Both the position numbers and the translations under genes were made by a program. DNA of 64,000 bases from Alphaproteobacteria bacterium (GTDB taxonomy: Bacteria; Pseudomonadota; Alphaproteobacteria; GM7ARS4; G965262615): contig OZ253545.1 of NCBI GenBank assembly GCA_965262615.1, forward strand, positions 64,001-128,000, in the 5' to 3' direction. The notes under the pieces were generated by a model. It was not told where the DNA came from. It did not search any database and was given only the letters and a program-made list of their open reading frames with translations. This document shows, one piece after another, positions 9,648 through 19,410 of this stretch (position 1 is its first letter; every line of letters begins with the position of its first letter).

Positions 9648-10472
9648 ATGAGGCAAGTCTTTTTTTTGTTGCTTTTGCTATCGGTATCTCAGAACGGTAC
9701 GGCAAAAAGTTTCAGCCAAGCTCATACCGCTTTTCAGCGCGGTGATTATGCCATTGCCCTGGATATGTTTCGTCATTTGGCTGGGCAAGGCGATGGACGC
9801 GCACCTTTGTATCTGGCGCGCCTCTACGAGATGAATAGCGTCACCATTCCTCGCAATTGGAAGAAAGTTTTTGAGTGGTATCATGAAGCGGCAACGGTGT
9901 ATGAATCGGCGGAGAGCATGTATCATTTGGCGCGCTTGTTTGAAGAAGGCAACGGCACGACCAGAGATATGCAAAAAGCCTTCTTTTGGTACGACCAAGC
10001 CGCTCACAAAAATGATGCCCTCGCTCAAGATAAGGTGGCACACATGTATCTGTACGGCATTGGTGTGCCGCAAGATGAGACCAAAGCCTTTTTTTGGCAA
10101 ACCCAAGCGGCACAACAGGGCTTGCCGCGCGCTTTTTTTCATCTGGCGCATTTTTACAAACACGGCGTTGCGACTCCTCAAGACATCAAAGAAAGCCATC
10201 GCCTCCGTGAAAAAGCCGCCCGCTTGGGACATAGCGAGGCTCAGTTTCAAATCGCCATGCTCTTTGTGGACGGAAGAGACCGTCCTCATGATTTGCGTCA
10301 AGCGTATCAGTGGATGTATCTGTCGGCACAAGGTGGCTATGATGCCGCCAGAGATGCCGAACAATGGCTGCGCCGCCGTCTTGCCGTCACGGACATCCCC
10401 ACTTTGCAAGCCAATGCCAATCGCCTTGCCGATTTGACACCCCCCTCATTTCATCTCATCACCGCCTATTAG
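9648..10472 (+). CDS. Secreted Sel1-like repeat protein
   Basis: Signal peptide; repeated LA..Y..G.G...D...A..W...AA..G motifs. Confidence 0.9.
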   Translation: MRQVFFLLLLLSVSQNGTAKSFSQAHTAFQRGDYAIALDMFRHLAGQGDGRAPLYLARLYEMNSVTIPRNWKKVFEWYHEAATVYESAESMYHLARLFEEGNGTTRDMQKAFFWYDQAAHKNDALAQDKVAHMYLYGIGVPQDETKAFFWQTQAAQQGLPRAFFHLAHFYKHGVATPQDIKESHRLREKAARLGHSEAQFQIAMLFVDGRDRPHDLRQAYQWMYLSAQGGYDAARDAEQWLRRRLAVTDIPTLQANANRLADLTPPSFHLITAY

Positions 10473-11852
10473 GACGCTCGGATTCATTCTATTGTCGGGA
10501 TCAAGAGCATCTTTGAGCTGACGCAATAACGCCAGTGTCACCGCATCCTTTTGGCGCGCCAGTAAGCTGCGCTTTCGGCGTCCAATGCCATGCTCGCCAC
10601 TGATGCTGCCGCCCATCGCCATCGCTTGTTCATAAATCACATCACTGATGGTATCACGCGCCGCACGGCTGATGTCAGACGGACACTGCACATTGTAATG
10701 CAGACTGCCATCGGCAAAATGACCAAAGGTGATGCAGCGCACCCGCTCATCCACCGCCAACACCTTTGGTTCTGTTTGGGCGAGAAAGTCACACAAGCGA
10801 TGGAGCGGCAGGGCGATATCATGTTTGAGACTGATGCCTCTCGCGCGTGTTTGTGCCTCACTCATACAATCGCGCACATGGTGAAAATGGCGACGCATGG
10901 CATCATCGCTGGCATGAACAAAATCCTCAACAATCCCCTCGTTTTGCATCTGCCCGAGCCATTGCGCCAGCAAAGATGTGGTCGTTTTGCCAAGTGTGGG
11001 GGTGGTCAATGCCAGCAGAGCGTAACACTCATAATCTTGTTTGAAAGGCGACATCTCCTTGACCAATTGCATGGCGTTGTGACTGATGTATTCAAACAGC
11101 GACACCATGGATGCGCCATCTCGGCGCGCCGCCTGCCACAACTTCATGAGATGAGACGCATCGGCAACGGCGACAAAAGCAACATCGTCATCCAACCGAT
11201 GAGCAACCAAGCGAAAAGTCACCGATGCAATGACCCCCAGCGTGCCCTCCGAGCCAATGAACAATTGCTTGAGGTCATAGCCCGTGTTGTCTTTGAATAA
11301 TTGGGATTGCCCATTCCAGTCGCGTCCATTGGGCAAAATGACGGACAGTCCCACGATGTTCTGGCGCGCCATGCCATAGCGCACCACATGCTGTCCGCCG
11401 GCATTGGTGGCAGCCATGCCGCCCGCCGTGGCATGAGGGGCGGCGATGGCAATGGGAAATGAGTATCCATGAGCGGCGGCAACTTCGTGCATGTGAGCCA
11501 AAGTCACCCCCGCATCCACCGTGATGGTGCAGGTGTCATGATTAACCTCACACACGCGATTCAGCCGACACAACGACAATAAAATAGCGGGGTCATCGCC
11601 ATGAGGCACAGAGCCGCCCACCAAGCCACTGTTGCCTCCTTGCGGCACGATTGACCATCCATGCTGCGCGCTGTGGGTCATCAATTGCTGCAATTGGTTG
11701 TGAGTGGCGGGCATCACAATCGCGAGCGTTGTTCCGTGTAGCGATGCGCGTGCATCGGTGAGCATTAAGCGCGCGTTTTCACTGTCTGGTTCAATAATTC
11801 CGTCATCGCCCACAATGGCGCGCAGCTGGTCATGAAAAGAACGCGTCATCAT
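10446..11852 (-). CDS. FAD-linked oxidoreductase (D-2-hydroxyacid dehydrogenase/GlcD-like)
   Basis: PQGGNSGLVGGSVP, ATNAGG, KDNTGYDLKQLFIGSEGTLG, GH..DG.LHYN, SGEHGIG. Confidence 0.92.
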   Translation of the reverse strand: MMTRSFHDQLRAIVGDDGIIEPDSENARLMLTDARASLHGTTLAIVMPATHNQLQQLMTHSAQHGWSIVPQGGNSGLVGGSVPHGDDPAILLSLCRLNRVCEVNHDTCTITVDAGVTLAHMHEVAAAHGYSFPIAIAAPHATAGGMAATNAGGQHVVRYGMARQNIVGLSVILPNGRDWNGQSQLFKDNTGYDLKQLFIGSEGTLGVIASVTFRLVAHRLDDDVAFVAVADASHLMKLWQAARRDGASMVSLFEYISHNAMQLVKEMSPFKQDYECYALLALTTPTLGKTTTSLLAQWLGQMQNEGIVEDFVHASDDAMRRHFHHVRDCMSEAQTRARGISLKHDIALPLHRLCDFLAQTEPKVLAVDERVRCITFGHFADGSLHYNVQCPSDISRAARDTISDVIYEQAMAMGGSISGEHGIGRRKRSLLARQKDAVTLALLRQLKDALDPDNRMNPSVLIGGDEMK

Positions 11853-12805
11853 TGTTGCACGGCGCGCCGCAGGCGGTCATTAATCACACGCCCCCATCCC
11901 TCATTGGGAATGGGCGCAACGGCAATGTGACCGTGCTCATCCAAAATTCTCAGCATTTCATACAGATTGCGCGCCGCCTCCATCAAGTCGGCTTTTGTGC
12001 TCAAGTTCATCTCACACCGACCGCCACGCATGATGGATGAACCGATTGAGAGCCCCGCCTCATGAGGCAAACACGATGGAGCATTCAAACGCAGCGATGA
12101 AGACGGTGCATAGTGGCGTCCCAATAGCCCCGCACTGGCATGAGACGACATCCGCTGGTCTTCATAACAACGAATCGTGCCAAAATACGAACGCAATTGG
12201 TCATCGCTCACCGCACCCATGCGCAAACGCAGCGGCACATCATCACACAGGCTGCAGATGGTGGATTCAATGCCCCACTTTGTGAGATGTGCGTCATCGT
12301 CAATGATGGCATCAATGCGTCCATCCAGTTGTTGCAACACGGCGGAGGCGGATGTGGCGGACAATCTGCCACTCATATTGGCACTGGGTGCGGCAAGAGG
12401 CACGCCCGCCTTTTCAATAAGCATGCGCGCCCCCCCATGGTGAGGCACACGCAAGGCAATGGTCTGTTGTCCCGCCACCGCCACCGAACACACGCCCTGC
12501 CGCAAAGGCACAACAAATGTGACCGATGACGCTTTTGCCCAAAAATGCTGCAGTGCAAGTTTTCGCTGTTCATTGATGACTCCATAGCGAACGGCATCAT
12601 GCCATGAGGCAATGTGAATGATGAGGGGATTGCGCGAGTCTCTGCCCTTCACCCGATAAATGGCACGAACTGCTTCCTCGTTATTGGCATCCGCCGCCAA
12701 GCCATAGACCGTCTCGGTGGGAAACGCCACCAATCCGCCTTTTTGAATGATGGCAGCCGCGCGCTGCAAATCCGCTTCACTGCCACTGAGCCGCTGGGTT
12801 TTCAT
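11849..12805 (-). CDS. sua5: L-threonylcarbamoyladenylate synthase (Sua5 type)
   Basis: VAFPTETVYGL, KGR...NPLI.H, AAPSAN.SG, GIEST, HYAP plus SUA5 C-domain. Confidence 0.94.
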   Translation of the reverse strand: MKTQRLSGSEADLQRAAAIIQKGGLVAFPTETVYGLAADANNEEAVRAIYRVKGRDSRNPLIIHIASWHDAVRYGVINEQRKLALQHFWAKASSVTFVVPLRQGVCSVAVAGQQTIALRVPHHGGARMLIEKAGVPLAAPSANMSGRLSATSASAVLQQLDGRIDAIIDDDAHLTKWGIESTICSLCDDVPLRLRMGAVSDDQLRSYFGTIRCYEDQRMSSHASAGLLGRHYAPSSSLRLNAPSCLPHEAGLSIGSSIMRGGRCEMNLSTKADLMEAARNLYEMLRILDEHGHIAVAPIPNEGWGRVINDRLRRAVQQ

Positions 12806-13602
12806 GATGTGAGTGCGCCGCGCGCCACAAAAGCCTCATTGCGATAGCCATCTTTGCCATAGACAAGAGGCGCGCCGTTCATGTCGGACACCATGCCGCT
12901 CGCGGCGCGCACGATGGCATCGCCTGCGGCGGTGTCCCATTCCATCGTTGGCGTGAGGCGAGGATAGAGATCCACCACCCCTTCGGCGACCCAGCCAAAC
13001 TTCAAAGAACTGCCGATGGAACGCCGATGACAAACACTGTATTGAGTCAAATAATTCTGCAGTGATGCGTCATCCTTTTGCCAATGACTCACGGCGACGG
13101 TCAAGCCTTCAGACGGCGGCTCGCGAGTGGTGATGGCGGAAAACTTCTGCCAACCCCGACTGACAAAAGCTCCCACACCCATCTTGCCAGCATAACACAG
13201 TCCTCCCTCAAAAAGAGGCGCGATCACCACGCCCATAACGGGAGAATCCTTTTCAATGAGTGCAATGTTCACCGTGAAGCAATTGTCCCCTTTGATAAAA
13301 TCGCGCGTGCCATCAATGGGATCAACCAACCAAAAAGTATGAGGAGTCTTGCGGTGCGCCGTATGCTCTTCACCAATAACGGGATATGAAGACACGCCGC
13401 GCAGCTGGTCATCAATCAGTTGTTGCGCGGCGGTATCGGCATCGGTGACGGGAGAGCCATCCTCTTTGTGCTGCACCTGCACCCCTTTGTCTCGCATGGC
13501 AACCACCAACCGAGCCGCTTCACAAGCAATGGAGGTGATGGCGCGCAAGTCGTCATCAGGCAAAGAAGATGAAACATCCAATACCATGTGTATCGCCATC
13601 AC
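12802..13602 (-). CDS. cysQ: 3'(2'),5'-bisphosphate nucleotidase
   Basis: K.DGSPVT.AD, WLVDPIDGTRDF, GSSLKF..VAEG..D.YPR..PTMEWDTAAG. Confidence 0.95.
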   Translation of the reverse strand: MMAIHMVLDVSSSLPDDDLRAITSIACEAARLVVAMRDKGVQVQHKEDGSPVTDADTAAQQLIDDQLRGVSSYPVIGEEHTAHRKTPHTFWLVDPIDGTRDFIKGDNCFTVNIALIEKDSPVMGVVIAPLFEGGLCYAGKMGVGAFVSRGWQKFSAITTREPPSEGLTVAVSHWQKDDASLQNYLTQYSVCHRRSIGSSLKFGWVAEGVVDLYPRLTPTMEWDTAAGDAIVRAASGMVSDMNGAPLVYGKDGYRNEAFVARGALTS

Positions 13603-13663
13603 CGTCAGTCATCATTCCACACACCGTGTCATAAAACAAAAGCGGTGTCAGGGCAAGGATGGC

Positions 13664-13691
13664 TTTTAGTTTCTGGCTTTTAGTTTCTGGC
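13664..13691. repeat. Exact 14-bp tandem duplication covering the stop codon of the wHTH gene
   Basis: TTTTAGTTTCTGGC x2. Confidence 0.85.
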
Positions 13692-14018
13692 AAAAATATC
13701 AGACATGTGCTTGATATAATCACTCACGATGAGCATTCCTTTGGTGGTGAGGGTGACGATTTTGCGTCTGTGGTCACCATCATCGTGACTTCTTTGAACC
13801 CATCCGTGCTTTTCTAAAAAATCAATATAACGCAGTGCCGTGGTGGTGGTGACACACGAACCGTAACACAATGATGTCACCGCCATGCCATCATTTTTAT
13901 GCTCCATGAGATCCATCAGCATCAGCAACATGGCATCTTTATTGGTCGCCGTCTTGGGAAACAACGATGAATTCAAGAGCAACATCTCGTGAATTTGTTT
14001 GACACTCACACGATTCAT
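13680..14018 (-). CDS. MarR-like winged-helix regulator
   Basis: VTSLC..S.V..TTALRYI..LE..G.V.R..D..D.RR..V.LT.KG; TTGAAG-17-TATAAC promoter 6 nt before ATG 14018. Confidence 0.85.
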   Translation of the reverse strand: MNRVSVKQIHEMLLLNSSLFPKTATNKDAMLLMLMDLMEHKNDGMAVTSLCYGSCVTTTTALRYIDFLEKHGWVQRSHDDGDHRRKIVTLTTKGMLIVSDYIKHMSDIFARN

Positions 14019-14197
14019 AGTATGGTTATAGCAAAAAAACAATACAACTTCAAGTTGTATTTCCAGCGACAGGCACGGCTCATCAGCAGATGGTGTTCAT
14101 CCGCCAATGAGCCAATGCAAGACAGAACAACAATCATTAATGTCCTGTTGGCTATGGTAGTGTCACATTGCTCATAAATGTTGCATAATGGGGGGCA

Positions 14198-14821
14198 ATG
14201 TCGGTGTGGGTGAAAATTTGCGGTGTGAATGAGTACCATTCCAGCCTTGATGGCACGGATGCGGTTGGCTTTATGTTTTATCCTCGCTCGCCTCGTTTTG
14301 TCACAGCCGATGCTGCCGCCGCCATTGCATCCAGATTGCCGCGCACTGTGCACCGCATCGGCGTGTTTGTGGATTCCGCCGATGATGTGCTGGAGCACAT
14401 CCTCTCCCATCTGTCGTTGGATGGCATTCAACTGCATGGCTATGAGGATGAGGAGCGTATTTGTCATGTCAAGAAGCGGTTTGGTCTTCCCGTCACCAAA
14501 GCGGTGCGGGTGAGCAGCAGTGAGGTCATTGGTCAGGCACAGCGCGCTTATCCATCGGCGGACATGCTATTGTTGGATTCGCGCGGCGCATCGCGGCAAA
14601 GCCAAGAAGACGGCGTAAAATTTAACTGGCGTTGGCTCAAGGAACATGAAATAAACCACCCTTGGTGTTTGGCGGGCGGCATCACGCCTGCCAATCTTGA
14701 ACAAGCGGTGCGAGAATCGGGAGCAACGCGCATTGATGTCGCCTCTGGAGTGGAATCATCGGCAGGAGTCAAGGATGCAAACCTTGTGAATTCACTGTTG
14801 CACATTGCCCATCGCTTGTGA
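14198..14821 (+). CDS. trpF: Phosphoribosylanthranilate isomerase
   Basis: VKICG, SPRFV, GVFVD, QLHG.E, LAGGI, DVASGVES. Confidence 0.96.
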   Translation: MSVWVKICGVNEYHSSLDGTDAVGFMFYPRSPRFVTADAAAAIASRLPRTVHRIGVFVDSADDVLEHILSHLSLDGIQLHGYEDEERICHVKKRFGLPVTKAVRVSSSEVIGQAQRAYPSADMLLLDSRGASRQSQEDGVKFNWRWLKEHEINHPWCLAGGITPANLEQAVRESGATRIDVASGVESSAGVKDANLVNSLLHIAHRL

Positions 14822-14851
14822 AAAGCCCATGTCTATGTCATAATTAACGCC

Positions 14852-16099
14852 ATGCTGCATCACACCACCACACCTCACCCATTGAAAAAAAATGATGTCT
14901 GTCCCGATGAGCGCGGTCATTTTGGCATCTATGGCGGACGCTATGTCGCCGAGACCCTCATGCCTCTGTTGCTGGAGTTGGAACGACAATGGCACAAAGC
15001 CAGCAGTGATGATGACTTTGCTCAGCAGTTCAACCATCATGCCGCCACCTTTATCGGACGCCCCACGCCCCTCTATGAAGCCACTCGTCTGGCGGCTCAT
15101 ATCAAGGAACAGGCGGGCATTGATTTGACCATTGTCTTCAAGCGGGAGGATCTCAATCATACGGGGGCGCATAAAATCAATAATTGCTTGGGGCAAATTC
15201 TGCTGGCACAACGCATGGGCAAAAAACGCATCATTGCCGAGACGGGGGCCGGACAACACGGAGTCGCCACCGCCACCGTCTGTGCCCGCTTTGGACTGCC
15301 GTGCTGCATCTACATGGGGGAGACCGATATCAAACGCCAAGAGCCCAATGTCTTTCGCATGAAACTGATGGGAGCCGAGGTGCGAGCGGTGACATCAGGC
15401 ACGCGCACCCTCAAGGATGCTCTCAATGAGGCACTGCGCGACTGGGTCGCCAATGTGGAGGACACATTTTATATCATCGGCACGGTGGCGGGACCTCATC
15501 CCTATCCCCTCATGGTGCGCCAGCTGCAATCGGTCATTGGCACAGAGGCGCGGGCGCAGTGTTTGGAACGATACGGACGCATCCCTCATGGCATTGTTGC
15601 CTGTGTGGGTGGCGGCTCTAATGCCATCGGTATCTTTCACGCCTTTCGCGATGATGACTGCCAATTGATTGGTGTGGAGGCAGGGGGGCGCGCCCTCACC
15701 CAAGGCGACCACGCCGCCAGCATCAATGGCGGCGCGCCAGGAATTTTGCACGGCAATCGCACCTATCTGCTGCAAAACCAAAGCGGACAAGTGAGCGATG
15801 CCCATTCCGTTGCCGCAGGATTGGATTACCCCGGCGTTGGACCCGAACACGCCCTGCTCTACGATACGGGGCGCGCGTCCTATGTCACCGTCAATGATGA
15901 GCGCGCATTGCATGCCTTTCATCTTGTGAGCCGTCTGGAAGGCATCATTCCTGCTCTGGAGACCAGTCACGCACTGGCGCATCTGATTGACAATCCTCAT
16001 GAGTTCAATGACGGCGATCTCATCATGCTCAATCTCAGTGGCAGAGGCGACAAAGATGCCGCCACCGTCTCAAATCTGATGCAAGATGCCGCCTCATGA
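14852..16099 (+). CDS. trpB: Tryptophan synthase beta subunit
   Basis: [52 protein letters not shown]. Confidence 0.99.
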   Translation: MLHHTTTPHPLKKNDVCPDERGHFGIYGGRYVAETLMPLLLELERQWHKASSDDDFAQQFNHHAATFIGRPTPLYEATRLAAHIKEQAGIDLTIVFKREDLNHTGAHKINNCLGQILLAQRMGKKRIIAETGAGQHGVATATVCARFGLPCCIYMGETDIKRQEPNVFRMKLMGAEVRAVTSGTRTLKDALNEALRDWVANVEDTFYIIGTVAGPHPYPLMVRQLQSVIGTEARAQCLERYGRIPHGIVACVGGGSNAIGIFHAFRDDDCQLIGVEAGGRALTQGDHAASINGGAPGILHGNRTYLLQNQSGQVSDAHSVAAGLDYPGVGPEHALLYDTGRASYVTVNDERALHAFHLVSRLEGIIPALETSHALAHLIDNPHEFNDGDLIMLNLSGRGDKDAATVSNLMQDAAS

Positions 16100-16902
16100 A
16101 CACCCGCCTTGCCAATTGCTTTGCCGCGCTCAAGCAACAAAACAAAAGCGCGTTTATTCCGTTTCTGACGGCGGGCTATCCTGATGACCAAACCTCTCTT
16201 GCTCTGCTGGAGGGCTTAGTCCAAGCCGATGCCGACATCGTGGAGTGGGGCATTCCCTTCAGCGACCCCGCCGCCGATGGCCCCGCCATCCAAGTCGCCA
16301 ATGAACACGCCATCGGCAACGGCACTTCCATCACCTCCATTCTCGCCAATGTCAAACAATTTCGTGGCAAAAATCAAACCACACCTCTCATTCTCATGGG
16401 ATATGCCAATCCTCTGCACCATTATGGCATGGCGCGATTTGCTCAAGACGCTCATGATGTCGGCGTGGATGGCATCATTGTGGTGGATATTCCCATGGAA
16501 GAAGATGAAGACACCGAGCCCTTGCGTCAGCAGCTGGATGTGATTCGCCTCATCGCCCCCACCAGTGGCGAGGCGCGCATCAAAGAAATGATGGCAAAAG
16601 CATCTGGATTTGTCTATTATATCAGTGTGGCTGCCACCACCGGCACAAAAGACATTGCCCTTTCATCTCTGCCTCACCATATTGCCATGATGAGACAACA
16701 CACCTCCCTGCCCATCGCCGTTGGTTTTGGCATCACGCAAACTGACCAAGCCCGTGCTGTGGCGCGCCATGCCGATGGCGTGGTGGTGGGCTCACTCTTT
16801 TTGAACACCATCCATCAGGCTTGCCAAAACGGCGATGACCCTCTGCCGTCCCTCATCACCACCGCCACCGATATGGCACACGCCATTCATCATGCGTCAT
16901 GA
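16096..16902 (+). CDS. trpA: Tryptophan synthase alpha subunit
   Basis: [40 protein letters not shown]. Confidence 0.98.
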   Translation: MNTRLANCFAALKQQNKSAFIPFLTAGYPDDQTSLALLEGLVQADADIVEWGIPFSDPAADGPAIQVANEHAIGNGTSITSILANVKQFRGKNQTTPLILMGYANPLHHYGMARFAQDAHDVGVDGIIVVDIPMEEDEDTEPLRQQLDVIRLIAPTSGEARIKEMMAKASGFVYYISVAATTGTKDIALSSLPHHIAMMRQHTSLPIAVGFGITQTDQARAVARHADGVVVGSLFLNTIHQACQNGDDPLPSLITTATDMAHAIHHAS

Positions 16903-17759
16903 ACTGGCTGCGTTCACTGTCACTGCCCAAAATCGGCACATCTCGCCCCAATAAGCGGGATGTGCCTGACCATATGTGGGTCAATTGTCCCGAATGTGGT
17001 CATGTGTTGTTTCGCCGCGATTTGGAAGACAACCATCATATTTGCAGCCAGTGTGACCATCACATGCGGATGCCCATCGCCGATCGCTTTGCTTTATTGC
17101 TGGACAGCAAGGGCAAAAACATTGCCATGCCGCAAGTCAAAGAAGACCCCCTCGCCTTCAAAGATTCCAAACGCTACAAAGATCGCCTCAGAGATGCCCG
17201 CCATAAAACCAACGAAGACGATGCCATTCTCAGCCGCTCTGGCACGGTCAATGGCAATGGCGTGGTGATGAGTGTCATGAATTTTGCCTTCATGGGAGGC
17301 TCTATGGGACAAGCGGTGGGGGAGGGCATCGTCACCGCCTGTGAGGAAGCACTCAAGAGGCAGTGTCCGTTTGTCATGGTGGCATCATCGGGAGGGGCGC
17401 GTATGCAAGAGGGCATGCTGTCATTGATGCAAATGCCCCGCAGCATCATTGCCATCAAAAATCTGAAACAGGCGCGCCTGCCGGTCATCATGATTCTTGC
17501 CGACCCCACCACAGGCGGCGTTTCTGCCAGTTTTGCCATGCTGGGCGATATCGCCATTGCCGAGAAAGGCGCGATCATTGGCTTTGCCGGCGCACGCGTC
17601 ATTCAAGAGACCATTCGCACACCCATCCCTGAAGGATTTCAAAAAGCCGAATCCCTGAAAGACCATGGCATGGTGGATATGGTGGTGAGTCGCCATGACC
17701 TCAAAGAGCAACTGGGGCGCGTGCTCTCGCTGCTCACGCAAAAACACATCGCCTCATGA
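16899..17759 (+). CDS. accD: Acetyl-CoA carboxylase carboxyltransferase beta
   Basis: CxxC..CxxC zinc finger, FMGGSMG, SGGARMQEG, PTTGGVSASFA, GFAGARVI. Confidence 0.98.
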   Translation: MNWLRSLSLPKIGTSRPNKRDVPDHMWVNCPECGHVLFRRDLEDNHHICSQCDHHMRMPIADRFALLLDSKGKNIAMPQVKEDPLAFKDSKRYKDRLRDARHKTNEDDAILSRSGTVNGNGVVMSVMNFAFMGGSMGQAVGEGIVTACEEALKRQCPFVMVASSGGARMQEGMLSLMQMPRSIIAIKNLKQARLPVIMILADPTTGGVSASFAMLGDIAIAEKGAIIGFAGARVIQETIRTPIPEGFQKAESLKDHGMVDMVVSRHDLKEQLGRVLSLLTQKHIAS

Positions 17760-19162
17760 GTCTTCACCTCAATGACTATATGCGGCGCATCGCCATGCGT
17801 CATCCACGAGTCATTGATTTATCACTGCAACGAATGCACGACCTGCTGGCGGCATTGGGCAATCCTCATCATCGTCTGCCGCCCACCATTCATGTGGCGG
17901 GAACGAACGGCAAAGGCTCTGCCATCGCCTTTATGCGCGCCATGCTGGAGGCGGCGGGATATGGCGTTCATGTCTATAGCTCCCCTCATATTGTGCGCGC
18001 CAATGAACGCATTGTGGTGAATGGGCATCCCGTATCCGATGACACATTCATTCAAGCTCTGCACCTGTGCGAACAAACCCACTGTGTCGCCACGCTGTTT
18101 GAGGTCATCACCGCGGCGGCATTGACGATTTTTGCCGCCTCGCGCGGCGATGTGCTGCTGCTGGAGACTGGACTGGGCGGACGCTACGATGCCACCAATG
18201 TTGTCACCAAGCCGCTGGTCTCTGCCATCACCGCCATTGACATGGATCATATGTCCTATCTTGGCAACACGCTTCGTCATATTGCTCGGGAAAAAGCAGG
18301 CATCTGCAAAGCTGATGTTCCCCTTGCCACTTCTCATCAGCATCCTCATGTGCGGCGAGTGCTGCACGGTGTGGCACAACGGGTGGGCGTGCCGTTCATT
18401 CACGACCAATGGCGCATGATTCGTCATGATGATGGCTCTTTTCGTTATGACGGCATTGATGTCTCCCATGATTTTCCTGCTCCCAGCCTGCATGGACACC
18501 ATCAATACGCCAATGCCGCCACCGCCATTGCCACATTAGAATGTGCGCCATCGCTGGATGTGTCACCGTCTCACATGGCGCGCGGCATTGCCCGTGCCTC
18601 ATGGCGCGGACGGCTGGAGCGTTTGTCTGCCGATGCTGCTGGGTCTCTTGGCTTTGCGGGGGATGTCTGGCTGGACGGCGGACACAATCCCGCCGCCGCC
18701 GCCGCCCTTGCCAATGCCCTGCAAGCCATGCCCGCCAAAAAACTGCACATCCTCTGCGGCATTTTGCGCAGCAAAGACATTGAAGGATTTCTCGCTCCCC
18801 TCATTCCCCTCGCCCACCGATTTCACATGGTGACCATTGATGGCGAGCCCAACGCCGCCACAGGCAAAGAACTGTCTGACTGGCTGCATCAGCGCGCCAT
18901 ACCCGCCACGGCTCATGACAGCGTCACAAACGCCCTTGCCACACTGGCAAAGACCATTCCTGCATCGGCGCGTGTGTTGATTGGCGGCTCCCTCTATCTG
19001 GTGGGACGCATCCACACCCTGCTGGAACAAGCTCCTTACGAATCGCTCAGTTGCTCTTCCACCCAAGAAAACAATTGTCCCCTTGGCAGTGCTCCCACAC
19101 GGGTGGCTTTCAATTCGCCATTGGCAAAAAACATCAAAGTGGGAATGCTGCGCACCCCGTAG
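17756..19162 (+). CDS. folC: Folylpolyglutamate/dihydrofolate synthase
   Basis: HVAGTNGKGS, YSSPH, E.GLGGR.DATN, AREKAGI, W.GRLE, LDGGHNP; tail overlaps trxA. Confidence 0.96.
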   Translation: MSLHLNDYMRRIAMRHPRVIDLSLQRMHDLLAALGNPHHRLPPTIHVAGTNGKGSAIAFMRAMLEAAGYGVHVYSSPHIVRANERIVVNGHPVSDDTFIQALHLCEQTHCVATLFEVITAAALTIFAASRGDVLLLETGLGGRYDATNVVTKPLVSAITAIDMDHMSYLGNTLRHIAREKAGICKADVPLATSHQHPHVRRVLHGVAQRVGVPFIHDQWRMIRHDDGSFRYDGIDVSHDFPAPSLHGHHQYANAATAIATLECAPSLDVSPSHMARGIARASWRGRLERLSADAAGSLGFAGDVWLDGGHNPAAAAALANALQAMPAKKLHILCGILRSKDIEGFLAPLIPLAHRFHMVTIDGEPNAATGKELSDWLHQRAIPATAHDSVTNALATLAKTIPASARVLIGGSLYLVGRIHTLLEQAPYESLSCSSTQENNCPLGSAPTRVAFNSPLAKNIKVGMLRTP

Positions 19163-19377
19163 CGAATGGCGGTGTCGGGATTGGCATCAATGTCCAATTT
19201 CACCACCTGCAAGGCATCGCCTTTTTCTTGTGCCAACGCCTCCAAAAAAGGCGCAATCTGTTTGCACGGACCGCACCACTCAGCCCAAAAATCCACCACC
19301 GACGGCGTGGATGACCGCAACACCGCCTCCGCAAAAGAGGCATCGGTCACATGAAGCGGCTGGTGAGATGATGGCAT
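19036..19377 (-). CDS. trxA: Thioredoxin
   Basis: DFWAEWCGPCK, YGVRSIPTL; AGGAG upstream of ATG 19377. Confidence 0.97.
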   Translation of the reverse strand: MPSSHQPLHVTDASFAEAVLRSSTPSVVDFWAEWCGPCKQIAPFLEALAQEKGDALQVVKLDIDANPDTAIRYGVRSIPTLMFFANGELKATRVGALPRGQLFSWVEEQLSDS

Positions 19378-19410
19378 GGCGAACTCCTGTCTCCTTTGTA
19401 AATTCAATCC

